Below, piece after piece: positions 53,844 through 61,612 of a stretch of 64,000 nt of DNA. Numbering within the stretch: the stretch's first letter is position 1; each line of letters opens with the position of its first letter. Location of the stretch: the IMG/VR virus record IMGVR_UViG_3300044701_000569, positions 293,560 through 357,559 of that record. One strand, written 5' to 3'. The notes below the pieces were generated by a model. The model was not told the origin of the DNA. It did no database searches and saw nothing but the letters and a program-made list of their open reading frames with translations. Made by a program: the position numbers and the translations under genes.

Positions 53844-54580
53844 TTTTTTTTTGAACCTGTGCGCTCTACGCTTTCACGTCTCGCACGGCCCATTTCTTCG
53901 TCACCACCAGCTGCTGGTTCAGCAGCATCAGTTGAAGGTGCAACTTCTTCTTCGTCACCTGCAGGTGCTAACTCGTCATCAACTGTAGGTTCCATTTCTG
54001 GTTCTGCGCCCATAGGCTCTACTGGTTCTGCTTCGCCTGTTAGCATGCCTACACCCTGTGTTAGTGTAGAACGTGTTGACTCCATTGCAGCATACATAGC
54101 TTCTAGTGCAGGCTTAACTGTTGATGTAAACTGTTCTGCTTGTGCAGAACCCATTTCATCACGAATAGCGTCGGCTAGTTCAAGCATAGACTCTGTCTGC
54201 ATTTCAGCAGTGTCTTCCATCCAACCAGTAACACGATCAACCATATCCTTAGCTGCCATTACTAGTTCGGCCTTGTCTTCTTCGCCTTCGTTTAGTCTGC
54301 TGATTGCTTCGTCAATTGCTTCTGCTACAGATCCGCGTTCTGATAGTGCAGCATTTAGAACATCTAGGAAGAGCTTGTTCTTTTGGTAATCTTCTTTCTG
54401 TACAGCGTCAAAACTTTCTGTAGTTTGTACCTGTGATAGCTTGGTGCGTATCTTATTGCGAACATCCTGAAGCTGTTCAGTTGTGAACTTGTCAAGATCA
54501 ATTCTAGCTCCAAAACGTTGAGCTAGGCTCTCGTTGAGCTTCTTTGCGGATACTGGTTTTGTAAATTCTCTAATGTTCAT
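53840..54580 (-). CDS. acidic coiled-coil protein, prohead core/scaffold-like
   Basis: MNIREF N-terminus, LNE/TES sites, Glu/Pro-rich tail; TAAATA upstream. Confidence 0.6.
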   Translation of the reverse strand: MNIREFTKPVSAKKLNESLAQRFGARIDLDKFTTEQLQDVRNKIRTKLSQVQTTESFDAVQKEDYQKNKLFLDVLNAALSERGSVAEAIDEAISRLNEGEEDKAELVMAAKDMVDRVTGWMEDTAEMQTESMLELADAIRDEMGSAQAEQFTSTVKPALEAMYAAMESTRSTLTQGVGMLTGEAEPVEPMGAEPEMEPTVDDELAPAGDEEEVAPSTDAAEPAAGGDEEMGRARRESVERTGSKKK

Positions 54581-54619
54581 TGTCTCTTCCCAAATGACTT
54601 GTATGTTTTATTTATGCGA

Positions 54620-55042
54620 TCAGAATATAAATTTATCTAAATCCTGTTTTAAGGCCTTGGATTTAGCTATGGAAATGTCTAACCTGTGTAGTCTAGATTC
54701 TACTACACTTATATCGTCTGTTCTACGGATACGGTTTCTATAGTAAAGAGCATCATTATAGTGCTTTAGTAGCTCTAGATCTACATTCATGATACGATCA
54801 ACGTGATTCCTACCCTCAGCTAGGCTTTTAGCCAGCGCAATAGCAGAGATCTTAAAATTAGTTACTCCAACTCGTGCGTTCTTAGCACAGTCATATACTT
54901 GGTAACCTTTAGAATTCTTACGGATAGCATAACTACCAATACGAATACTGTTACCTCGCTGATAGGGCATAATTATACTGGAGTTTTCAAGCCCAGTTTC
55001 AATTAGTTCCATAAGTTCATCTGCGACAGAGTCAAAGTTCAT
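54620..55042 (-). CDS. hypothetical protein
   Basis: 140-aa ORF. Confidence 0.75.
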   Translation of the reverse strand: MNFDSVADELMELIETGLENSSIIMPYQRGNSIRIGSYAIRKNSKGYQVYDCAKNARVGVTNFKISAIALAKSLAEGRNHVDRIMNVDLELLKHYNDALYYRNRIRRTDDISVVESRLHRLDISIAKSKALKQDLDKFIF

Positions 55043-55235
55043 TTTTCTTCACCATGATTTGATTGTTATAAACAATCTTAGTTATAAGACTTTTCCTAAC
55101 TAGATCGATAATAATGACTCGCTCTCTTTCGTTAAAGCTGGACAAGGGAGCAATGTCATTCATGTTCTCTAATATAGCACGTTCTTCGTTAGTTGTAAAG
55201 ACACTAAATCCCTTGATCAGCTCATTTATTTTCAT
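55032..55235 (-). CDS. hypothetical protein (MKINE N-terminus)
   Basis: 67-aa ORF. Confidence 0.7.
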   Translation of the reverse strand: MKINELIKGFSVFTTNEERAILENMNDIAPLSSFNERERVIIIDLVRKSLITKIVYNNQIMVKKNEL

Positions 55236-55474
55236 ATGTTCTTAACCATTACCTTGTCGCCAGGTTTGATACCTCTATCTACTGTTCCTTTGACCTGTGT
55301 GTCCAATGTTAGGTTGCCGCGGTCGTCTTTGGTTATAGCGCCGGGCTTGCTAGGATCTTTAGGCACTACGGTCTTGACCTGTGTCTTTGGATCTACAAGG
55401 ACTGTTTCCTTATCATCATCGCTCATGATTTGAAGGATTGGACTTTGTTCTAATACAATTTCATTTATTTTCAT
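55232..55474 (-). CDS. hypothetical protein (MKINE N-terminus)
   Basis: 80-aa ORF, AAGGA SD. Confidence 0.7.
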   Translation of the reverse strand: MKINEIVLEQSPILQIMSDDDKETVLVDPKTQVKTVVPKDPSKPGAITKDDRGNLTLDTQVKGTVDRGIKPGDKVMVKNI

Positions 55475-55569
55475 TTTTCTGTCCTTGAAAGACTCTATTT
55501 GAATTTTTCGACAGATGGTGAGTCCGTAAAAAAATCCACGTAATAATATAATATTATTTAGCGTGAATT

Positions 55570-55806
55570 TTAGAACTTCATTAATATTGTAACGACTGTG
55601 GTTAAGAGTCCAGCGACTATTGTTGTAGCTGCGCCAACTATAACTTTGACTAGGCTGTTTTGGCCCTGACGCATGTCTTCATGTATGGTAGATATCTTTT
55701 GTTCTACGCTGGTTAGTCTATCGTCTAGCTGCTGGTAGCGAAGTGCGCACAAGTCAACGTGTGCTTCTAAACTTTGCTTTTCTAAACTTGTGGGTGCAGA
55801 TGACAT
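55570..55806 (-). CDS. coiled-coil plus C-terminal TM protein (XhlA/holin-like)
   Basis: SLEAHVDLCALRY, coiled coil, hydrophobic C-terminus. Confidence 0.65.
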   Translation of the reverse strand: MSSAPTSLEKQSLEAHVDLCALRYQQLDDRLTSVEQKISTIHEDMRQGQNSLVKVIVGAATTIVAGLLTTVVTILMKF

Positions 55807-55876
55807 CTACTTTAATCTCCGTAATAACACAAAAAAGGTTAGTGTGCCTAGAAAATAGATGCCTGAGTGGATTTGT

Positions 55877-56272
55877 TTAACTGATAGTATTTAGTTCAAA
55901 CACTATATTTTTTGTCTGTTTGTTCTTGCTATCAAATACACAATCTTTTAGTTTAATAGTTTCTTGTAGTCCGTTTATTATAGGAACTAAATGAAAATCA
56001 CTGTCCAGCATTTCAACTGTAAGACCACCTTCGTACTCAACATTAAACTCCCCACTCCATACAGTGTGTTCGCCCTTGTAACTTGATCCAAACCTAAAAT
56101 CTTTTACACTAACAGTTTCTGTTTTTAGATTTTCTAAATCAATGTTTACCCGCAGTGTGAGCGTTTGTAGAAATGTTAGATAGTTCTGTTGCTGATGCCA
56201 AACAGGATCAGATTTGTTAAAACGTGCATCCGTTTTGGTTATATCAACTAGGGTATAGAACTTAAATCTCAT
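55877..56272 (-). CDS. hypothetical late protein
   Basis: TLVDITKT...QQQNY; TAAATA 5 nt before the ATG. Confidence 0.75.
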   Translation of the reverse strand: MRFKFYTLVDITKTDARFNKSDPVWHQQQNYLTFLQTLTLRVNIDLENLKTETVSVKDFRFGSSYKGEHTVWSGEFNVEYEGGLTVEMLDSDFHLVPIINGLQETIKLKDCVFDSKNKQTKNIVFELNTIS

Positions 56273-56290
56273 GTAGTTATTTACAGAGAT

Positions 56291-56320
56291 AAAAAAAACG
56301 CCACTATAAAAGTGGCGTTT
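56291..56320 (-). terminator. intrinsic terminator
   Basis: AAACGCCAC-ttttata-GTGGCG-T8 on the minus strand. Confidence 0.8.
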
Positions 56321-56348
56321 CCCTTCCCATCCCTAGGAATATTAGCTA

Positions 56349-56720
56349 TTAAGCTAGTGTGATGCTTGAAGCTTCTGCAACAGTTGTGTCGTTAGCTGCT
56401 ACTGCTGTACCTAGTCCTAGTGCTACTACTAGGTGACGTAGACGAACCTGTAGGCTTGCTGCACTCTGAGCATGACCGTCCATAATCACGTGGATTGTGC
56501 CGCTGTTGTCATTGGTTACGAAAACCATCTGTCCGCCAATTTCACGTAGGATTAGGTCTAGTTCTGAACCGTATGCTGCGTCATAGCTGCGTAGGTCAAT
56601 AGCTGTGTTGCTGTCGTCCTTGATTGTGATCAAGAAAGCCTTGAGCTGAACTGTGCTGTAAATTGTACCAGCTGAAGGTACTGTATTAGCTTTTGGTGTA
56701 AAATCAAAAGTCGCTGCCAT
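56349..56720 (-). CDS. small putative virion structural protein
   Basis: Strong TAAGGAG SD, TAAATA promoter, own terminator, Ala/Thr-rich. Confidence 0.65.
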   Translation of the reverse strand: MAATFDFTPKANTVPSAGTIYSTVQLKAFLITIKDDSNTAIDLRSYDAAYGSELDLILREIGGQMVFVTNDNSGTIHVIMDGHAQSAASLQVRLRHLVVALGLGTAVAANDTTVAEASSITLA

Positions 56721-56809
56721 TTTATATCTCCTTAAATGTCTCTAATGGCAAACTCACTACTCTGTGAGCTTGATATAATTATTTAGTCAAACGGAGAAAA
56801 ATTGGGTTG

Positions 56810-57754
56810 TTATTGCTTATTTTTGGCTCTTTTGTGAAGAGCTCTTAGATTCTGTATATAACCAGGGCCAGCCTGTACTATATCGTCTATCATGTCAATA
56901 ATAGGCATATAAGCTTCTACGTAGGCTGCAGGTATAGTTCTACCTTCTATTGCACTAATTAAAAACTGTCTAGTTAACATGAGTTTATCAGCGCCTACAA
57001 GATATCTATACATTGCGATATCTTTATTAATAATGCTTATATCTGGTTTGCTTACTGTAGGTTCAGGATCAGTAGCAAACTCTTTCTCCATGTTGTTGTT
57101 TGCAGCCCAGTGTTCAAAATCTGTAATGATATCCGAACTGCGTAGTTTTGCTCTAACAGCAAATATTAATCGTGTAGCAACAACTCGCTTGTCCTGTCGT
57201 GTAATATGCTGCCAGTTACCAAGCTCTCTACGTATTTCTTTATAGTCTTTATTTGTTATTCTAAGTATAGTTTCAAGTTTAATGAACAATGCAGTTGGCA
57301 GTGTTGGCTCTTTTCCCTGTGCTAGATCTCTAATGTATCTATTGAGATCTAGCATAGGTATTTTAGTTTTCTTTTTAAGAGCTATAGCAGCATCAGGGTC
57401 TTTTAGTTTTTCTTGAGCACTATCGCTGCCTACTAAGAAATAGATAAAATTGTAGAGGTCGGTACCCATAATACGATAGAACTTGTACAGTTCAAAACCT
57501 GCTGTTTTCTTTGCGTAGTCTCTTACTGTGGCTGCATAAGAAGGATAGCGGCGTAGTGTTTCTAATACCAACAGCATTAGGTATAGTCGTTCACAGCAAT
57601 CTGAATAGGTCAGTTTCTGTGAACTACCGTCGTCTTTGGTCATCCTTGACTCAAAGATATCTTGTAGGAAAGAAAATGGTTTATCTTTGGAAGGTGTAAT
57701 TTCGTGACCCCCTTCCATCAATGCCCACTCTAGTGCTGTGTATCGCTTTTCCAT
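56810..57754 (-). CDS. hypothetical late protein
   Basis: 314 aa; ALMEGGH motif. Confidence 0.75.
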   Translation of the reverse strand: MEKRYTALEWALMEGGHEITPSKDKPFSFLQDIFESRMTKDDGSSQKLTYSDCCERLYLMLLVLETLRRYPSYAATVRDYAKKTAGFELYKFYRIMGTDLYNFIYFLVGSDSAQEKLKDPDAAIALKKKTKIPMLDLNRYIRDLAQGKEPTLPTALFIKLETILRITNKDYKEIRRELGNWQHITRQDKRVVATRLIFAVRAKLRSSDIITDFEHWAANNNMEKEFATDPEPTVSKPDISIINKDIAMYRYLVGADKLMLTRQFLISAIEGRTIPAAYVEAYMPIIDMIDDIVQAGPGYIQNLRALHKRAKNKQ

Positions 57755-57758
57755 TTAA

Positions 57759-58247
57759 TTACTTTGCGTTGTTCTCAATCCAAGTCATTACATCATAGAG
57801 ATCGTTTACAAGTTGATTAGGACCAACTGGTTCACCTTGTCCTAGTTCTGCTTGCTTGCTCTGCTTGCGAATAGCTGCTAAAACATTAATAGCATCGTCA
57901 GCGGTCTTGATGTAGGCTTCACGAATTGTGCTTTCCTGCTCAACAGGATCTTTAGCTTTACGCACAGGACCTGCACTCTTTAATTGTGCCTGCGCCATGC
58001 CCATTAACTTTTGTATTGCCTTTGGATCTAAGCCAGTGCGCTTAACAACATCCATTAGACTATTAGGACCAAATGGTGTACCAAATTCTGTCATTGCACT
58101 GCCTAAGCTGGCCATTTGATTTGATTCAACATCATCTTTGTGACTTGCTGCCATGTCCATTAGAGTGCGACCTAGCTCTGCTAGTTTTGCTTGCTGCGGA
58201 TCAATGCTAGTTTTTTGCATCTCAACCATTACATCTTTAATTTTCAT
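57759..58247 (-). CDS. hypothetical late protein
   Basis: 162 aa; MKIKDV N-terminus. Confidence 0.75.
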   Translation of the reverse strand: MKIKDVMVEMQKTSIDPQQAKLAELGRTLMDMAASHKDDVESNQMASLGSAMTEFGTPFGPNSLMDVVKRTGLDPKAIQKLMGMAQAQLKSAGPVRKAKDPVEQESTIREAYIKTADDAINVLAAIRKQSKQAELGQGEPVGPNQLVNDLYDVMTWIENNAK

Positions 58248-58259
58248 TTTATGTTTCCT

Positions 58260-59354
58260 TTAGTTTGGTGTCCAACGATGACGTGGAACTAATTTTGTTT
58301 TAGAGCCTAGAGCCATATAGCCTTCGCCACCTTGCTCTCCGCCTGTTGATGCTTTTACATCCGCATCAGCTGCATCCAACTGATCAATTAGATCGTTTTT
58401 TACGCTCATAATCTTATTTACTAATTCAAATACAGCAGGCAGTGCGTTAGGATTAGCTTTGTTTAGCTCTGCTATCTTTGCCTGCTTGCCTGCGCTTACT
58501 GTTGATGCCTGTAACCAATTAAAGAATCCATCAGCAGATAAATTGTCTAACTGTTTTGCCTTTGCTGTTTGATTCACAAAGGTATAGATAATGTTCTTCA
58601 TGTCACTCAGCCCTGCCACGGGTGCTAGGAATTGATCAATAGCTTTACCATTCTTAGCTGCTAAAGATCTAATCTCTTTTACGTGGCTGGTGTCAACCTT
58701 AGGCGTGTGAGTTACATAGGTTTGTCCTAGTACTACTGCTTCTGGACTGTTTAGTTCAGCAATGTTCTCAATTGGAGTTCCGTTCTTGCTGCCAAACTCA
58801 TCATACTTCATGTGTACAACCACACCAACCTTGGCTCTTGCTGAACGCTTGCCTAGGTCACTGCTTGGGTCAACTGTATAGGTTACCTTGTTAGGAGTAA
58901 ATTGAATACCTTCTTTGGTAGACTGAAATGGTTTGCCTGGATGCCACAGTAGGTCTCCGTAGACATATCCTCTAAAGTCTGGTGGTGTACTCTTTTCCAT
59001 GATAGTGAAGATGCCGGCCATGTCATTACCAAACTTTTCTCTCCAGTCTTCGCCTTTGCCAGAGCTTTTAATAAAGTTAGCCAGGTCTTCTGGGTTTGTG
59101 CTTTTGTTTCTTCCCCAGCCATTCTTGCCAACAAGAACAAACTTGCCGTCTTCTTCTCTACCCCAATACACAGTAGGATTACCGTCCCACTTGATACTAA
59201 CATCACTGGTGTCTTTGCCTAGCTTGTCTAATACATCTGCTGCTTCGTTAGCACCTGCGGCACCATCAACAAAAACTAAATCTTCAAGGTGCTGATAGTC
59301 TCTACCAACCTTGGCAGCTTCTGTTAACAATGTTTTAAATTCTTGAAATCTCAT
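58260..59354 (-). CDS. KxDG ligase/nucleotidyltransferase-like protein (DUF6267-like)
   Basis: HLEDL, IKWDGNP, YGDLL, FTPN, GEGY, KLVPR. Confidence 0.7.
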   Translation of the reverse strand: MRFQEFKTLLTEAAKVGRDYQHLEDLVFVDGAAGANEAADVLDKLGKDTSDVSIKWDGNPTVYWGREEDGKFVLVGKNGWGRNKSTNPEDLANFIKSSGKGEDWREKFGNDMAGIFTIMEKSTPPDFRGYVYGDLLWHPGKPFQSTKEGIQFTPNKVTYTVDPSSDLGKRSARAKVGVVVHMKYDEFGSKNGTPIENIAELNSPEAVVLGQTYVTHTPKVDTSHVKEIRSLAAKNGKAIDQFLAPVAGLSDMKNIIYTFVNQTAKAKQLDNLSADGFFNWLQASTVSAGKQAKIAELNKANPNALPAVFELVNKIMSVKNDLIDQLDAADADVKASTGGEQGGEGYMALGSKTKLVPRHRWTPN

Positions 59355-60133
59355 CTGTTGAATGCTCCAGAACTCATAGAGCTGTGATTGAGCAGAGCAC
59401 CACTTAGTTCTCTAATACGATTTAGGTGCTTGTCAGCTAGTGTTTCTTTCTGTGGATACTCTTTCCAAGCAGGATCTGCTTTTAGGTCTGCTAGGAACTG
59501 CTGTCCTCTAGTGCCTAATGCTGCAACAATAGATTCTACTGATCCTAGATCCTTTGCGCCTGCGTTTGGTCCTATCAGTGTCTTAGCTATTTCATCTAAG
59601 TCTGTTGATACTATACTATCATCAGCTCTGTTTAGCAAGCCTTTAAACGCACTCCACTTCATATCTTTTTCTTTAGCAAGTTTAGCCATTGCTAACTGTT
59701 TGTTTAATCCCTTATAGGGACTGCCTTTGGGTATATCATGAATGTGAAACTTGCTTACCACTTCACTGTTTGGCACCAGCATTAAATCCACCTGGTGTGA
59801 CTGATCACCTACAGGAACTTTAACGTGTACATTGATACCAATTACCTTAGTTTCAAAGCCTGCTTTCTTAAAGAGATCTTCAAGTGCTTTCTTAGTTGGC
59901 AGTGGCTTGTCTGTGCCCAGTGCTGCCATTACGGCATCTTGGTCTACAATTACATCCAAGTCGCCGCTCTTTTTACCTGGTGTAGGGGTTGCGCCTGAAC
60001 CAATTGGAAAGCCTTTAATCTTGATGTTATCAAGTACTGAATTAATAGACTTTGTTAGTTGAGGAATAACAGCATGATCAAAATCGCTGGTTCCATCAAA
60101 TACATTGCCACCTTCTTTAAGAATTGCCTTCAT
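59351..60133 (-). CDS. Pol-beta superfamily nucleotidyltransferase-like protein
   Basis: IGSG...SGDLDVIVD...QVDLM; EGGNVF near the N-terminus. Confidence 0.75.
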   Translation of the reverse strand: MKAILKEGGNVFDGTSDFDHAVIPQLTKSINSVLDNIKIKGFPIGSGATPTPGKKSGDLDVIVDQDAVMAALGTDKPLPTKKALEDLFKKAGFETKVIGINVHVKVPVGDQSHQVDLMLVPNSEVVSKFHIHDIPKGSPYKGLNKQLAMAKLAKEKDMKWSAFKGLLNRADDSIVSTDLDEIAKTLIGPNAGAKDLGSVESIVAALGTRGQQFLADLKADPAWKEYPQKETLADKHLNRIRELSGALLNHSSMSSGAFNR

Positions 60134-60386
60134 TTCTTTCCTTAGATTCAATTATTTTAGTTATAGCTCTGCGAAACTTACGTGGATCTCCGCTTTTAAT
60201 TGAATTTAAAAAGCGACGCTCAAGCTCTGAAGCAGTTTCTACATCATATGTTGAATGTATTCTGCTCAGTAAATTAATGGAACTTTCAATAATGTTGTTG
60301 GCTGTGGTATCGATAAAACGATCCGCATCACGCTTTCCATAAACACTGTTCAGCTCTTCTAATATACTTCTAGTACGTTTTCTCAT
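60117..60386 (-). CDS. hypothetical late protein
   Basis: MRKRTRSILEEL; SD and TAAATA upstream. Confidence 0.75.
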   Translation of the reverse strand: MRKRTRSILEELNSVYGKRDADRFIDTTANNIIESSINLLSRIHSTYDVETASELERRFLNSIKSGDPRKFRRAITKIIESKERNEGNS

Positions 60387-60531
60387 TGCACTTTCCTATA
60401 TTATTATTTAGTGTAATATAAAGAGATTAAATCTTTTTAGTAAATCCTTGACTTTTATCATGGTTTACACTATATACTAAATACGTAGCTGATGTTATCA
60501 GCAACACAACACACACATATAGAGGAAAAAC

Positions 60532-60675
60532 ATGTTAAGTAAACTATTCAGACGACTGTTTTGTCAGCCGTCAGATCTCGAAGCTTTTATTCTAAGCAAG
60601 CGTCCAACTAATGCAGCCGAAGTAGACTATTGGACAATCCAGTACAATCATACTAACAAGGGAGCATGGTTATGA
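60532..60675 (+). CDS. small protein, 47 aa
   Basis: GAGG SD; MLSKLFRRLFCQPSDLEAFILSKRPTNAAEVDYWTIQYNHTNKGAWL. Confidence 0.7.
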   Translation: MLSKLFRRLFCQPSDLEAFILSKRPTNAAEVDYWTIQYNHTNKGAWL

Positions 60676-60806
60676 AGACGCTCACACACAGATTTTTCAG
60701 CGGACTCTTTTTCTTTTTTGAAGCAATGGGCAAGGCTCGAGCTGCTGCAGAACTTTCACGTATGGGCAAGTACGAAGAAGCTAAACGTATAGTATCTCGA
60801 GATTAA
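60672..60806 (+). CDS. small basic protein, 44 aa
   Basis: GGAG SD, ATGA-coupled; MKTLTHRFFSGLFFFFEAMGKARAAAELSRMGKYEEAKRIVSRD. Confidence 0.7.
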   Translation: MKTLTHRFFSGLFFFFEAMGKARAAAELSRMGKYEEAKRIVSRD

Positions 60807-60807
60807 A

Positions 60808-61017
60808 ATGTTCCATGAATTCAAAACAGTTGATCATAACATATTGGGTTCATGGTGCAATCGTTGGGGCTACGTCACAACTATAGCAACGTTTAACAAC
60901 AACGATATTGTTGTTAAAACCATAACACCATATAAAACCAAATTGATTAGACACTTTGATGATTGGGAAACCTGCGAAGAGTTTATTGATTTGATAGAAG
61001 AAGATAGGAGATATTAA
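60808..61017 (+). CDS. hypothetical protein
   Basis: 69-aa ORF in the plus-strand operon. Confidence 0.65.
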   Translation: MFHEFKTVDHNILGSWCNRWGYVTTIATFNNNDIVVKTITPYKTKLIRHFDDWETCEEFIDLIEEDRRY

Positions 61018-61112
61018 TGCCAAAAACTGAAACAGTATCCAGAATTGGATTCGTTACAAGTCTTTCGCTGATGATAACACTGTATTACAGTTTTCTAATC
61101 AGTGTATTTTAA
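61017..61112 (+). CDS. small TM peptide, 31 aa
   Basis: AGGAG SD, TAATG coupling; MPKTETVSRIGFVTSLSLMITLYYSFLISVF. Confidence 0.55.
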   Translation: MPKTETVSRIGFVTSLSLMITLYYSFLISVF

Positions 61113-61197
61113 CACTTGACAGAACTAAATAAACTGCTATTATTAGCACTGTAATAGAAATATTACAAGTCATACACACACATACAGGAGAAATATA

Positions 61198-61509
61198 ATG
61201 ACTACAGATTTTACAAAGCAAGCACAAGAAATGGCAACTCAGTTTGCCGATCAGATCAAGGCAGCAGTGCCTCAGGTCAAGTTTAATAAGAATGGATATG
61301 AGATCCGCACACAGATGCTAGAAATGGCACAGAATCAAGTGTGGCAGGACTTTCATGCTCGTTGGGGACAGTTTGAGTCTTCAGTTAGCAAGGATGGTAA
61401 GGAAGTGGTAACAAAGGTAGAAATGCCCGCAGTTCCTGGTGCTGACAAGGTGCTAGAAGCTGCTGAAAAGTTCTACAATTTTGTAAATAACACTAACACA
61501 AATAAGTGA
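61198..61509 (+). CDS. conserved hypothetical phage protein
   Basis: NKNGYEIR...AEKFYNFV; AGGAG SD; dual promoter at 61116-61143. Confidence 0.8.
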   Translation: MTTDFTKQAQEMATQFADQIKAAVPQVKFNKNGYEIRTQMLEMAQNQVWQDFHARWGQFESSVSKDGKEVVTKVEMPAVPGADKVLEAAEKFYNFVNNTNTNK

Positions 61510-61573
61510 TGTTAAAAGTATATTAGTAATAAGGGCATAGCCCGTTATTTAAGATGTAATTATATACAGAGCA

Positions 61574-61612
61574 GCCCCTGGAGTAGCAGTACTTCAGGGG
61601 TTAATCTTTTTT
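61574..61612. terminator. terminator between convergent genes
   Basis: gcccctggagta-gcag-tacttcaggggt followed by a T-run. Confidence 0.7.
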
